Positions 36,999-51,447 of a stretch of DNA of 64,000 nucleotides are shown here, piece after piece; position 1 is the first letter of the stretch, and every line of letters starts with the position of its first letter. Position numbers and translations under genes: made by a program. The notes below the pieces were generated by a model. That model did no database searches. It was not told the origin of the DNA and saw nothing but the letters and a program-made list of their open reading frames with translations. The stretch is from Takakia lepidozioides (lineage: Eukaryota > Plantae > Bryophyta): contig CM060732.1 in NCBI GenBank assembly GCA_030704615.1, positions 21,576,001 to 21,640,000 of the forward strand, in the 5' to 3' direction.

Positions 36999-39900
36999 AT
37001 GGGTACTCTTGGCTTTGTACTGGCGGTGCTGCTGTTGGCACTATGTGGAGGGGTGTGGCATGTGCAAGCCCTCAGCGTAGACATGGCATCCCTGTTAGCC
37101 TTCAAGAAAGGGCTGGCAGAGCTAAGCCAGGGTGACCCTATACCTGACTGGGTGGAGGCTTCCATGTCGCCATGCAATTGGACAGGAGTTACATGTGACT
37201 CGATCAATCAAGTGACACAGCTCTCTCTCTCTGATTTAGGCATCTCTGGCACAATATCTCCCGGGCTTGGAAACCTGGGGGCTTTACAATTTCTAGACCT
37301 GAGTGGCAATCTCCTAATTGGCACTATACCTCAACCCCTACTACGCCTTCGCTATTTGCAACATCTGGATTTGGGCTATAATCTCCTCTCCGGCACCCTT
37401 CCCTCTGAGCTTAGCCAGTGTGGCAACTTGCAGACATTGATCCTACGTGGCAACTCTTTTCCAGGCTCAATTCCATCCCAGATTGGAAAGCTTTTCAACT
37501 TGACAACACTTGATCTGAACACAAATTCTCTCTCTGGTGCAGTCCCACCGCAGTTGGGAAGCTTGGTGAACTTACAGTATCTGGATCTGAGCAGCAACTC
37601 CCTCTCAGGCGACATCCCAATGGTTGTCACCATGACAAAGCTCCAGTTTATTGATGTCAGTGGCAACTTGTTCTCAGGTGTCATCCCTCCATTGCTTGCA
37701 ACTTTATCCACCCTGCAGTACCTGGATCTGAGCAATAACTCTTTGACAGGCATTATACCCCCAAAAATCTGGAGTATGACTACATTGACTGAGTTGGATC
37801 TTGGAGACAATGCCTTGTCAGGGAGTCTACCGAAGGATGTGGGCAACCTGGTCAACCTGCGGAACTTGTATCTTGGGAATAGCCACCTGACAGGGCCCAT
37901 TCCTCCGGAACTATCCCTGTGTAGAAACTTGGCAAAGCTCGATCTTGGGGGCAACTCCTTCACAGGCACAATTCCAGATATGTTTGCTAATTTGAAGAAT
38001 TTGACAACTCTGAATCTGCCAAGCATGCAAGTCAATGGCTCCATTCCTCGTTCTCTCGGCAATTGCAGCAGTCTTCAGGTCAGTGTCCATTGAAAGGTTG
38101 CCAAATGGAAACTACTTAGTACAGCACTTGGGTTTCTGTTTTGTCCACCTGGATGATGTCCTTCAAAATTATCTTCCTGGTGAGTTTTTTCAGTTTTATT
38201 TTGGCTATGTAAGTTGCAGACCTTGGCTTGAAAAGCTGAACCCGTGATTTTCACGACCTCAAACTAGTCATGTATTTGATACAACTGGGTTCCCATCCCC
38301 CTAGTTGACGGGGGCTTGGGATCGCACAGCCACACTGAGGTGAGTGCTGCTGCTAAACAGAGAGAGAGAGAGAGAGAGCGGGCGGCTGAGAGTAATTTGG
38401 ATGAGCTCACCATGGTTTTGCAATAATCCCCGGAGAGGCAAACGTTTATATGTTGTGGAGACTGTCTCTATCTGCATGTTCCTTTGCAAGGACGTTGACT
38501 TACAGCACTCATTTTCTCATGTACAGGTACTCGATCTTGCATTCAATTTCCTCAGCGGTTCGATCCCTGCGGAGTTGGCTGCACTTGAGAACATTATCTC
38601 TTTCTCAGTGGAGGGCAATTTGCTGTCAGCCTCAGTTCCCTCATGGTTTGGAAGCTGGCGTAGTATATCAAGCCTCCTCCTTTCAAGTAATCAGTTCACT
38701 GCAGGCATCCCTCCCGAGCTTGGCAACTGCCCTCAACTGAAAGATCTGGCACTTGACAACAATATGCTATACGGGCCGATTCCTTCCGAGCTTTGCAAGG
38801 CCCTCTCTTTGGATACACTTACACTCAATAAAAACAAACTCACAGGGAACTTGTCTGACACTTTTCAGAACTGCAGGAACTTAACACAGATTGACCTGAC
38901 ATCCAATCAGTTGGCAGGCCCCATTCCATCCTACCTGGGTGAGCTGCCACAGTTGTTGATTATATCTATGGGTGGCAACAATTTCTCTGGGAGCCTGCCC
39001 GATTTGCTGTGGAGCTCAAAGAGCTTACTTGAGATCCAACTGGATTCCAACAGTCTGAGTGGTGAGCTATCTCCACTGATGGGGAATCTTTCGACTCTCC
39101 AGAATTTAGTGCTGGACAGCAACAAGTTGGAGGGGCCAATCCCAGCAGCAATAGGGAAACTGTCAAACTTAACAGTATTTTCTGTGCGAGGCAACAACTT
39201 GAGGGGAAGCATACCTGTTGAGCTGTGCAATTGCATCAGGCTTACTACTCTTGATCTGGGAAACAATACACTTACGGGACCAATCCCCAGTCAGATAGGG
39301 GAGCTCATCAACCTTGACTACCTAGTCCTCTCGCACAATAGGCTCACAGGAATGATTCCCAGGGAGATTTGTGCCGACTTCCAAGTTCCAACGATGCCAG
39401 TGACGGCTTTTGTGCAGCATCACGGAACACTGGATCTTTCCTGGAACAATTTTTTTGGTAGCATCCCCCCTGAAATGGGCAACTGTGCAGTGCTTGTAGA
39501 GTTGCTGCTTGCTGGTAATCAGCTTACAGGCACTATCCCCCCAGAGCTCACTAGGCTCACAAATTTGACCACCCTCGACTTGTCTTTCAATACACTCTCA
39601 GGGCCCATCCCGGTCCAGCTTGGGGAGTCTCACAAGCTACAGGGGCTCAACCTGGCCCACAACCAATTTACTGGACCGATCCCACTGGAGTTGGGCAACA
39701 TTCCTAGCCTGGCAAAGCTCAACCTCACTGCTAATCAGCTGTCAGGCCCGATCCCTGATAGGCTGGGCAACTTGATGGGCCTGTCTCACTTGGATGTGAG
39801 TGACAACCAACTTAGTGGTGTGATTCCTCCTTCTTTGGCAAATCTGGTATCGATTGTGAGCTTACATCTGCAGAAGAACCAGCTCACAGGTAGCATCTCT

Positions 39901-41451
39901 GCACTACTCTCTGAAAGCACAATCTGGCATCAAATGCAGGCGCTCAATCTTAGCCACAACTCTCTCTCGGGTGCGATTCCTAACAGCATCAGCAATCTTA
40001 CAGGGTTGTCCTACTTGGATTTAGGCTGGAACCAGTTTTCCGGTGCCATCCCTGGTGACCTGGGCAATCTTGCACAGCTAATATACGTGGATCTTTCTGG
40101 TAATCGTCTCACAGGAAATTTCCCTGTAAATTTGTGCAACCTCATTGATCTTGCCTTTCTGAACATCTCTTACAATAAGATAGATGGGACCATTCCAAAT
40201 ATTGGAATATGCAGGATATTTAGTTTGTCATCATATCTTGGCAATCCAAGGCTTTGTGTCGGTGCTCTGAAACCTCACTGCCCCTCATTGGAGGAGAGCT
40301 CTTCACAGTCCAACCAATTGACCACTGGGGCAATCCTGGGTATTACAATTGGCAGCACAATTGCATTTCTCAGTCTAGTTTTTGTGGTAATGAGATGGAG
40401 GATTTTGCGGCAAGAAGCTGTCTCAAAGGATGCAGAGAAGACAAGGCTGAATATGGTGGTGGAGCCCAGGTCATGTCTGAACATGGGCAAGATGCAGAAG
40501 GAACCCTTGAGCATCAATGTGGCAATGTTTGAGCGGCCACTGCTGCGATTGACACTAGTGGATATCTTAAAAGCTACCAACAGCTTCTGCAAAACAAACA
40601 TCATTGGGGATGGTGGATTTGGTACAGTCTACAAAGCTGTTCTCCCTGATGGAAGAAAAGTGGCCGTCAAGAAGCTCGGACAGGCACGCACACAAGGCAA
40701 TCGTGAGTTTCTTGCCGAGATGGAGACCTTGGGCAAGGTTAAGCACCAAAATTTGGTGCCTTTGTTGGGGTACTGCTCATACGGGGAGGATAAGCTGTTG
40801 GTGTATGAGTACATGGTCAATGGAAGCCTTGATCTCTGGCTACGGAACCGTGCTGATGCAGTTGAGGTTCTGGATTGGAGCAATCGCTTTAGGATTGCTA
40901 TGGGCTCTGCTCGTGGGCTGGCCTTCCTTCACCATGGTTTCATCCCCCACATCATCCACCGTGATATGAAAGCCAGTAACATTCTCCTGGATGCTGAATT
41001 TGAGCCCCGGGTAGCAGACTTCGGTCTAGCCCGTTTGATCAGTGCATACGAAACCCATGTGAGCACTGACATTGCAGGGACTTTTGGATACATTCCTCCT
41101 GAGTATGGGCAGAGCTGGAGAGCAACTACCCGTGGGGACGTGTACAGCTATGGAGTGATACTACTGGAGCTAGTTACTGGCAAGGAGCCAACAGGCACGG
41201 AGTTCAAAGACATTGAGGGTGGCAATCTGGTTGGTTGGGTGCGCCAGATGATAAATAAGGGAGAGGCTCCAGAGGCTCTTGATCCTGTGATATCCAATGG
41301 TCCATGGAAGCTGAAGATGCTCAAAGTCCTCCATATTGCCAACCTGTGTACAGTGGAAGACCCTGTCAGGCGTCCAACCATGCAGCAGGTGGTGAAGTTT
41401 CTTAAGGATGTTGAAGCTGTTCAACCTGCCTTCCTCGATAACCTTTCCTGA
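36999..41451 (+). CDS. EMS1: EMS1/EXS-type LRR receptor-like kinase (LRR-X), ~1334 aa; exons 36999-38078 and 38527-41451
   Basis: Signal peptide; LRRNT (PCNWTGVTC); long plant LRR array; island-like EICADFQVPTMPVTAFVQHHGTLDLSWN; TM segment; KEPLSINVAMFERPLLRLTL; kinase HRDMKASN, DFG, GTFGYIPPEYGQSWRATTRGDVYSYG; phase-0 GT-AG intron 38079-38526 joins both ORFs in frame. Confidence 0.93.
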
Positions 41452-43351
41452 TTTCCAGGTGAGTGGAGTGTGCTCTTGAGTTTGATGATTTCCTCAAGAT
41501 CACTCTCTGCCTCATTATTTCCTCATTCCTATAGTTCGGTAGAACAAGTGTGTCTCTTGGTTTCTGCATGCTGGGTGTCTGTGAGAAGACTCTCTGGTCG
41601 GTCGTAGCAGTGGCCGGGTCTCCCACTGTTGCTTAACATAAGGACAACTCCGTTGGAGCTCTTGCAGGCACCTCAGATAGATAGCTCAGAAGTACAACCA
41701 ACTCCAGCTTCCAGGATGTATCAAATAATTCCTTGCTTGATCTTGCATAACTGTCAATTTTGCAGTAGGCTGAATGAGAGTTGATGCTGAAGTATTCACA
41801 ATTGCGCAGGATGACCTCCTGGTGTGTACAATAGACAAGTGTCTGTACAGCCATGCCAATACCTTGTGTTCCACTCACCCGGGGACATTCTCGCTTGTTT
41901 CTATGAAGTTGAGGACAATCTTGGAGCTGGGTGGCAATGATGGCTCACATAGCACCATAAAGGTAACAGTTAGCTCCAGCCCAGTCTGTCTTACCTGGGA
42001 TTTCAGTCCATCTGCTTTCTGAGGCTTTTCATCTGGCATCTACAAATTTTTCTGTGCAGTCCACATTTGTGTAGACTTCTAATGTGCACAACTGTCAATG
42101 TAATACTCTGTGCTTAAAATTCTTGAAGAACCCTCTGGGGCCTCCATCACTCCTCATCCTCCTCCCTGCACTGCACATCATGTAATAGACTGATTTCAAA
42201 CATTGATTTTCCGGTGACTAGTTCTAGCTGTTGTTGGAGTCCTGAGCTGACTGTTGTTTCTTTACAGGGACTTGGACTAGAACCTCTCTCTTTGCGGACG
42301 TCATAAAGTACCATTTCATGTCATGGACCTTTGATTGTCCAGCCAGCCCCCTTTGGAAGCACAAATCCACCTGTAGCTCATCGACTGCTTGGTCTTCAAG
42401 AATATGTTCCTTCGTAACAATAGAGTACATTCTTTCGCAGGTCTCTCTCCTATGCAACCTTTCTTTTTCCCTGTGGATTGGCATTTTTGGCCTGGCATGA
42501 TGCGTATGGTATGTAGAATTGGGTTCAGCGAGTTGGTGGTTATTCAACTACCTGTAAGCCTAAATCGGGCCCTTTTGATCAACGAAGTTTTACTTGGGGC
42601 ATTCACGAGTCCTCCTAGAGTGTTCATCAAAGTATCACCAACCATTGGGTGATGTCACTGTCATCCACAAAGCTTAGTTGTGACCACAACAGCGTTGTGA
42701 ATCACAGCTTTACCCATTCATCGTCCATGCTGACTCTTGATGGATATGGTGAATTTGAAGTTTGAAGGAAGACACAATCTAGTAATCTATGTACAGTTGG
42801 AGTCTCCGTATAGACTTCGAATGGGAAGAGTTTTGATGCTCGCCATACAAAGAAGATCATTATAATTCTGTGGTCTGTATAGTTTGCATGAAAAGTTGAT
42901 AGTTGATACGCTAGAGACTGTTATGATATTCTGAAGACTGCATAGCAAAAGGTGAAATGGACAAAAGTCATTCGAAGCTCCGCGTTAGCAACGAATCCTG
43001 CATTTTCATTTGAAAAGCGCATTTTTTGATTCAAGAAACACCTGGGTTATTTTCCATGCTGGACATGACTGCTCTTGTTAACAAGAATACTGAAGAATAG
43101 TTGTTGTAGATACAGAGTTTGGAGGTGAAGAATAAGTCTAAAGAAAGAGGAAGATACGTAAAGAAAACTAAGGAAGAACTAGCTGAGATAGAGGAGTGGT
43201 GCTCACTCGGATTGTGACGAGACATCTCGTTAACAAAATAAAGATGGAGCAGAACTCACCAAAACAATATCCACTAATTCTAGACTTGATGGTGGAGCAG
43301 TCCTCTCACTTTCGTAACGAAACCTGGGACACTAACTTTATATAGTTCCCC

Positions 43352-43745
43352 AAGCTCGGATACCATGTTGGAAGATCAAACTAATAGAGGGGAAACTTAT
43401 AACAAAGAAGGAAACTTGCAGTTACCTAAATACACACAGGCCCACAAGAGACAGCCCCCAAAGAGACGAAGCTAATTAACAAAGCAGATACTGCGCCTAG
43501 ACAAGAGAAGACTCGGGTCGTAGCCGGCGGAACTAAGAGCCACTTCCGCCTACACACCATCAATGAAGGGATGACGATGTGATTGTGATAGCCACTATGA
43601 TACGAAGAGGCAAACTCGAGGCAGGTTCCACTTTCAAGTCATTTGAGAGTTTTCAAATCTGCCTTTCCAGAGATATAGATTAACTATCATCTCTATCCGA
43701 CGATCCTAAGCGAATGTGATGCGATAGATCCTCCCCTAACCAACA
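43352..43745 (-). mobile_element. LTR (43366-43745) with adjacent tRNA-Met-type PBS
   Basis: TGTTGG...CCAACA ends; TGGTATCCGAGC immediately internal on the minus strand. Confidence 0.6.
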
Positions 43746-45266
43746 TCGTTTGTAGATGCAGGTTGTAGAGAGTTTGATAAGAATGGAGCCAAGAATTATT
43801 TAGAAGGTGTTCCTCCTTCAAATTCCCTCTTTCTCCATGTGATATATCATACTTCTCCACTCCTTCAGTGTCTCATGGTTTGATGTGTATGCAATATTCT
43901 ACTCATTACGACAAAGAAGAAACATTCTTTGTTGTTGAGCAATTCGGATCTTCAAGCTGTAGAGCAGATCTACACAGGTATATTAGGGATTTCTAACAAA
44001 GCAGGCAGACCAGGGGCGGACTTCAGATCCAACAATGGCGAACGCATTAAAAAAGTTTGAAATGCCACTCCTAATTGTGAATTTCATTTTGTATTTCATC
44101 CTAGCGGTCGTTGCCTGGCTATCTATTGGACGCGTACGTTGATGGCACTCTGCGGCGCGTATATACTGTGGGTATGTTTCATTTCGCTTCGAAGAAATAT
44201 TCTTTCCTCTGTTCATACTAGCTGCTGGGAGACCATGGTAGTAGCAGATGGTCCAAGGCTTGATCACTAGGGTGGTGAATATATCTTGAAGAGCCTACAA
44301 GACACTATTAAGTGGCACTTGATGCATACACAAGGCTTGTTGACTTTGATACTGATCAAGAGATTAGAGTGCCTCTACAGCTGGCTTCACCACCCAGACC
44401 CTTTTCGTCCTGCCGGCGGCTTTGACAGCTGGTGTGATTGGTCTGGCCTCTGTTTTTTCTGGAGCTTATCACTTCAAAGCGGGGCGCCCTGATAGCCTTT
44501 CAGCTGCAGTTGCTGTTGCCTGGATCGCCTGGTTCGTCAGCGTCCTTGCCATGGGGTAAATTTCTCTCAAGAAGACATGTCTCTCATATGAAATGCAACA
44601 TGTATGCAAATTCCAGCCCAGAACTATTCAAGCCTCCATAGTTTTGCCTGTCAAATGTCTTTTAAGATACTATGTCCCCATGAGTGATGTTTCGTCCTCT
44701 CTAGAGGCAAGCTTCTACCATGGAGAATTCAGCTTCCGGATCAGTGTGTTGAGATGATACTTTGGAAGTAATATATACTAAACTAGTTTACACAATGTAA
44801 TCTTTTATATGCCTTACTTCTCTTTATAGAACACCATCTTAGTGGTCGTGTGATGATTGCAGGCTATCGTGCAAGGAAATTAATATCGGTGGATACCGTA
44901 AAAACCTGGTAAGTTCAATGGCAGGTTTCATGTTTCGTCCTTGCAAAGAGAAGGTCTTGTCATTTATGGTGTGCATGCAGGCTGATTTGCCTAGCTTGAA
45001 AAATCCCAGTCTTCATTACCCACTCCCAGTACTCCCTCTAGAATCTCCCCAATGATATTGTGATATTTGTTGGAAAGAACTGCAGAGAGTGGTTGAAGCA
45101 TTCTCGATCATCGTCACCTTCACTCAAGGCACCTATTTGGCGTTATTGTTCTTGGAGGCTAATCCATTTTAGTACTCACATTTTGGGTCATTCCTTTACC
45201 GCTCTTGTCAATTAGATCATACTTGGAAGTCTTCTCTATAGTTCAATAAAGGTGTGTATTTCTACA

Positions 45267-48200
45267 CCTCCTCTCACACTTGAAGTCTACAAGAAGTCCC
45301 TCCAAAAAAAAGCAACAAGAGTTCATTTGGTCCAATTCTAGAACCTTTGCTGCACTCCTGATTTGTAGTAGATCTCTCATCTCTTCAAATCTTGTGCACC
45401 CTAATGGTTTCGTGAAGATATCAGCTAATTGCTCTCGTTGGAATATGAAATAGACATACTTCTTTGTTCAGTATCCTCTCCCGTATGTAATGATAATGAA
45501 CCTCTATGTGTTTGGTCCTAGCATGAAATATAGGATTGTTGGCAATTTTCAGACTACTTCGATTATCACAAAATATGGGAGTTGGTTTCAATTCTTGAAA
45601 TCCCATTTCTCCCATCATGTTCCTTAATCAGGTGGTCTCCTTCGCTCCATCTGCTAGCGAGCGATATTCCGCTTCAGTGGAAGAGAGGGCAATAGTGGGT
45701 TGTCTCTTGGAGCTCCATGTTACAGGTGATGAGCCAATCCTAAACATGTAGCCACTCGTTGATCTCCTCGACTTCTCACCGGCCCAATCAGCATCAGTAA
45801 ATCCCTCCAATCGGTTATCTTCTCCTCGCCAATACATTAACCCAAAATCTACCGTTCCTTTCAAGTACCTCAAGATGTGCTTCACTGCGTTTAGATGTGG
45901 TGTTTGGGGTTCCGCCATGAACCTACTCATGAGGTGATCACCACCCCTACAGCAAACGCAATATTTGGTCGTGAATTTGTAAGGTAGATTAACTTGCCGA
46001 CCATTTGCCGATACAATGTTGCATCCACCCTCCTCTCTGCCATATCAGTGGTGAGCTTGATGCCTTCAATCATGGAACTTTGGCTAGATTACAGGCCTCC
46101 CTGCCAAATCGTTGAAGCATAGCTTCAACGTACAGGCCCTCTGGGTCATAAAAATTCCGCTTAGTAGGAATAAAAATTCTATTGCCAAATAACTCCCGAG
46201 TCTGCCTAAATCCGTCATTTCAAACCTGGATTTCAGCTCTCTCTTAAGCTAGTCTATATTATGAGTATGATCCCCTGTCAAGAGCAAGTCATCGACGTAG
46301 AGCAGTACAGTATGCCAATGAGACCATCTTCAATGAAAAAATACAAATTGTAGTCTGAGTTTGCCCTCCTCATCTTTTGCTCTTTCAGAAACCCGTCTAT
46401 TTTTTGATACCAGGCTTGTGGAGCCTGCTTCAAACCATATAGAGATTTCAGGAGCCTACAAACCAAGGTTTCTTTGCCCTTCTCTTCGAAACCCGGTGGT
46501 TGAGTCATGAAGACCTCTGCTTCTAAGTCACCATCCAAAAATGCAGTTTTGACGTCTAATTGACTTATATCCCACCCATGATATGCTGCCAGAGCAGTAA
46601 CTGACCTGATCGAGCCCCATTTCACCTGCTCAAACCCTCGTGCAACTAGCCTCGCCTTGTGTTTCAGGGGTTTCCCAGACGCGTCGGTTTTAATTTTGAG
46701 CACCCGCTTCCCTGAAATAGGACGTTTACCTGGTGGCAGTTTGACCAGCTCGCACGTTTTGTTTGGATAAATGGAATCCATTTCAGACTTCATGGCCTCT
46801 TGCCATCGTCCATATGTGGCTGCTTCCCTATAAAATTCGGGCTCCTCAGACATGTTGATAGAACTTACAATATAATCATTTTGCTTGATTGGAAATTTGG
46901 CGATTCTGCCTGACCGCCTTAGTTCGAAGGATGTCGTTTCTTTCGTTTTCAATTGTTCATCGTACCCGACTAGCACACATCGGGTAGTCTTGGCATCCAT
47001 TTTCTTCCTTGCCTCCTTGGGAACATGAACGAAAGCTTCATAACCATAAACTTTTAAAATAATGTTGAATATCAGGTTTCCTTCTCGAGAACAGCTCTTC
47101 GGGTGTCATCCCTTGATTGGCCCGTGTGGGTGACCTGTTCACCAAATAATTTGCAGTGTTCACTGCTTCAGTCCACAAATACTTGGGTATCTGGCTTTCT
47201 AAGAACATACTCCTCGTTTTCTCTGTTATCATTCTGTTCTTTCTTTCTGAAACTCCGTTTTGATGTGGGGTACGAGCCTGTGTGAGTTGGCGCCTAATCC
47301 CATTTTGCTGGCAGAAGCTTACAAACTCCTGCGATAGGTACTCAGCACCCCTATCTGTCCTCAACATTTTAATTTTCTTGTTTGCCTGATTTTCAACTTC
47401 ATTCTTGAATACCTTGAACAAGCTCAGGGTTTCAGATTTTGCTCTCATAAAATAAATCCAAGTTTTTCGAGAGCAATCATCAATGAAAGTCACAAAAAAT
47501 CTTGACCCCGAGAGTGAGGGAACAGAGATAGGTCCACACAGATCCGAATGAATTAGATCTAGATCTGCTTTTGCTCTAAAAGTGGTTGACTTGGGAGTTA
47601 TCTCTCGAGTATGCTTCCCTAGCATGCATCCCTCGCAGACGTGATCAGTTTTGGGTAATTTAGGAATCCCACTGACAATTTGGTTCTGATTTAGCCAATG
47701 AAGCGACGATAATTTATGTGGCCCAATCTGCGATGCCATAGCTTGACAACTTCTTCACTAGGTGACACCGATTCTGGTTCTGCCGTGCAGATTTCAAGTT
47801 CGTACAAACCATTTTGCGGATCTTGACTCCCTGTAGCAACTATCTCCTTTGGATCTTTGGATTTTACCACTAGACACTTCTTGGCATCAAACATGACAAA
47901 GTATCATTTATCTGCGATCATTCCGACGGATAGGAGATTTTTTGTCAACCCAGGAACATACAAAATGTCAGTTATCTTCTTTATTGAGCCATCAGATGCG
48001 GTTATATTGACATCGCCGTTGTCGTAAACGTAGTGTAGTTGTCCACCAGCAGATTTTACACGTGAAACGTCTACCGATTTTTTGATCTTGCGCATTTGAC
48101 TACACTCCCCTGTGACATGCTTTGTAGCACCAGAATCAAAATACCACGGCTTTGTTTCGTCAAGATCTATTGCTGCTACTTGTGCTTCAAATAAATCCAC

Positions 48201-49600
48201 GTTTTCTTCAAAGACTTCGGCTCCTTCTTCAGTTTCTTGAACGACATTAGCTAATTCTTTTGGTTTGGCAGCTCTACGTGCATCATCCGTCTTCAAACAG
48301 TCTCTAGACCAATGTCCAACCTCTCCACAGGTGTAACATTTATCTGGTCGCTTGCGTTGTTTTTTCTGTTTGGAGCCAGACTAGTCTTTGTCCCTCATCA
48401 GTTTCTTGAACTTGATCAGTAACGCTTCATCATCCGATCGCTTGACTCCTTTCAGCTCTCTTTGGTGAGATTCTCGCAAAAGATTACTCGCGAGTTGGTC
48501 AAAGCTTGGCACGTCGTCTTGTGAAGCAACACCCTGCACAAAAGCTTCATAACTTTCTGGAAGAGCATTTAAAATCGTTAGTACAATTTCATCTTCACAG
48601 ATGGTGTCACCAGACCCAGCCACTTGAACCATCAGATCCTTTACCATGAGCAAGAATTCATTCATGTTGGAGCCTTCCTCCATTCTTAAGGTCTGAATCT
48701 TGTTCCTCAACATCAGTCTTCGTGCGGTGGTGTTGGACTTGAACAACTCTTGTAGCTTGTTCCAACACTTTGCAGGGTCTTCCATATCCTGAATATACGG
48801 AATGATCTCATCTTTGACCGCTAGACTGATGATCGTCAAAGCTCGCAGTTTCAGTTGTGTTTCCTCCTCCGTGTCTTGTACTGGCCGACTCGGATCATGC
48901 ACAACTAAGTGCCACAACATCTCTCTCATCAGGATGTTTTAGATGCGGAATCTCCACGCTAAGTAGTTAGACGCTCCCGCTAGTTTGTCGTTCTCATTCA
49001 ACTGCGTGTCGTTGTAGTTCGACATCCTTGAGAAACGGATCCTTCTAGACTGGTTTCTATCTGATCTCCCAGATCGAGTGTCTTCTTCTATCTCAGGTTC
49101 GCTTGAACTCATCTAGAAGCGTTGAAGAACTAACTGAGAGCTACGCTCACCAATGACTATTCCTGTGCTAGCTAAAGGTCCTGGAGCTGCGAACCTAGAG
49201 CTCTGATACCATGTAGAGAAAGCTTGTGCACCGAACAGTAAGTATCAAGATCAGAGAGAGGTGATTTATACAGGATGTTCACCTTATCGTCTATCTTATC
49301 GCTAATAAAGACTAACTACCGAAAATCACTCTGGTTCATAGAGTATTCGGTGTACAGGTTGGCTGAGCAAGTTGGCATAATAAGTGCAATCTACCTAACT
49401 CTAAGTCTTATCTATAGTTCAATTAAGGCGTGTAATTTTTTACACAGAGAAGAGAGGGAGAGTGTGAAAGTGCCAGCCCGAGTACTTCTAAAATCCTAAG
49501 TCTAAAAAGGATGGAAGTTATCGAGCAATAGTATAATGAGAGGAAGACCGAGGGTCAATAGGAAGTAGAGAGAAGGAGATCATCAATTATGACAATCAGA
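45267..49600 (-). mobile_element. Near-complete but frameshifted Copia (gag, protease, GAG-pre-integrase, integrase, RT, RNase H)
   Basis: PBS TGGTATCAGAGC at ~49200-49211, LTR from 49212; gag ATG ~49025; CYTCGEVGHWSRDC; WYFDSGATKHV; LWHRRLGH; IHSDLCGP..LRTDRG.EY..QNGVSERKNR; KARLVARGF; DADWAG; KHIEVHYHYIRE. Outer LTR boundaries unclear. Confidence 0.93.
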
Positions 49601-49609
49601 AGAGTGAGC

Positions 49610-50690
49610 AACTATCTATGGTAGTGGAGCCTCGTTTTCGCTCCTCCTTTGATGTGCTTCCTGTCAAACTCTGGGGACGCCGAAGAGGAGGGCCCAATGG
49701 TGTTGCCACAACGCGGGAATTCGTTTGGGCCAGAGGCAGGAGTGTGCCTCAGTACAGCTGCATATGATCCCCTATTTCCCCATGTTGCCTTGAAGGTGGC
49801 GAGGAGGGACTGCTGATGATCTGGAGTTCTTTCGATTCTTGTACACAATACCAGCCAAGCTTTCTTAGCAGCCACTGTAAGATCAAAGAACACCAAAGTC
49901 AGGATAGCAGTGATGGAAGTGTTATCTTTATCCATTGCCCATTTGCATCTTGCGTTATCTTTATCTTCCATGGGTGCCACAGCATGGATCCCCTCAACAC
50001 TTCAAAGACCGGGCAGGTGGAAGCTTTGGATTGTCCTGAACGTGGTCCCAAATCATGTAGAGGTTAAGGGCCAACGGCCAGAGTAGTCTATGGGCCAGGC
50101 AATGGAGAAGGCAATGTTCCAGAGACTCTATGATACCAGAGGGGCAGCAAGGGCAGATGATAGCCTTGTGGAAGTTGAGGAACTGCCCCACCTTGAGAAC
50201 TCTGTTAGCCACCTACCACAAGAAAGCACTTAACTTGGAAGGTTTGGATTTCTCCTAGACTAGGGCCCAGATGCATTACCAATTCTAAATCGTGGAAGTT
50301 GTGAAGCCCCCACTACTCATTCCATTTCTGCAACATTGGTTTGGCTGCTAGCAGGGCCTTGTAGGCTTTCTTGGCAGAGAACAAGGGTTCAATTATATTC
50401 TCGAACAAATTTGGCAGATGCCAACCACTGCAAGATAGCTCTGTCTAGGGGAACCATTGGATTAAAATGTTTGGTGGGAGCTGACCAATGGCAGATACGA
50501 ACAGGGGAGGCCATCGCGGCCTGAATGCTCATTAACTGGTTTGACAAGAGGGAAAGGGACCCGAAAAACTGGTCCTCCCAAAATCCATATCTAGTGATCA
50601 TGGGGTCCCTCACCTATGTAATGTATAGAATTGCACAGGTGGGAGAGTGAAATAGAACCCACTGATGAGGTCCGAATTGCTCAGGGCCTT
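49610..50690 (-). mobile_element. LINE (L1-like) 3' remnant with zf-RVT region
   Basis: CPCCPSGIIESLEHCLLHC (CxxC..E...H...C) and surrounding Trp-rich decayed ORF pieces. Confidence 0.6.
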
Positions 50691-51384
50691 CTGCCAGAAT
50701 GAGCTTCCAGGAGTAGGTTTATTTTTTACTTTTTAAAACCCAAAATAATAAACACGTATTTTCAAACAATTCCAAATACACTTCTATTTTGCTAAGTTAT
50801 TTAGGTTGAATAATCTTGGTTTCGGGGTGGTATCCCCGTAATATGCTTTAAGGCTGTATCTAAACGGGTTATTTTTTCCCATTCCTTTTCAATATATCTC
50901 CAGGGCCTCCATCCCTTGTTTATAAAAATTAAATATATATATAATAATAATCTTGCATGGCCGCCTTCCTTACCAACGCCTATGGGTTGTTAAGAGGAAA
51001 TGTTTGTGTTGGTCTCTTTGCTTCACACACCGATCTCAGAGGGGAGATCCTATTTTTGTGTGTTTTCAAATTTCTACGTGGAAGGAAAGGGACAAAGCCC
51101 TAAATGCATTGGAAAAAACCACGGGGGCTGGGAGAGGGGGATCACCACCCCGAAACGAAGTCCCAAAGGTCACAAGAAGACCGAAAGGCCCAAAAGCAGA
51201 GAAGAAAAAAGCCAGAGGCTACCGGAAGGAAGGCCGAGGCACCTTGGGTAGGCCAGGAAGGCTAAACAGGCAGTTATAGGAGACCTAAAGCTTCTCACAC
51301 CCACACTCAAAACTAAGATGGGCCTTAATCTTAGAATTCCTAAGCTTGAGGCCGAGGAGGCAATCGGCCCAAGCAATCATTCAA

Positions 51385-51447
51385 CATTTAGCTGAGTGGT
51401 AAGGGCGTACACCACTTCACTATTGGTTGTGGGTTCAAATCACATGT
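51385..51447 (+). other. tRNA-derived (SINE-like) head with Pol III A and B boxes
   Basis: TAGCTGAGTGG (51389-51399) and GGTTCAAATC (51432-51441); cloverleaf stems poorly conserved, so not called a tRNA. Confidence 0.5.

Noticed and set aside
38344-38526. N-terminal extension of the 1035-aa ORF as a separate gene start
   Set aside because: It is intron sequence; splicing 38078 to 38527 gives a continuous LRR register.
37376-41424. Long antisense and alternate-frame ORFs over the LRR kinase
   Set aside because: Shadow ORFs of repetitive LRR codons with no independent motifs.
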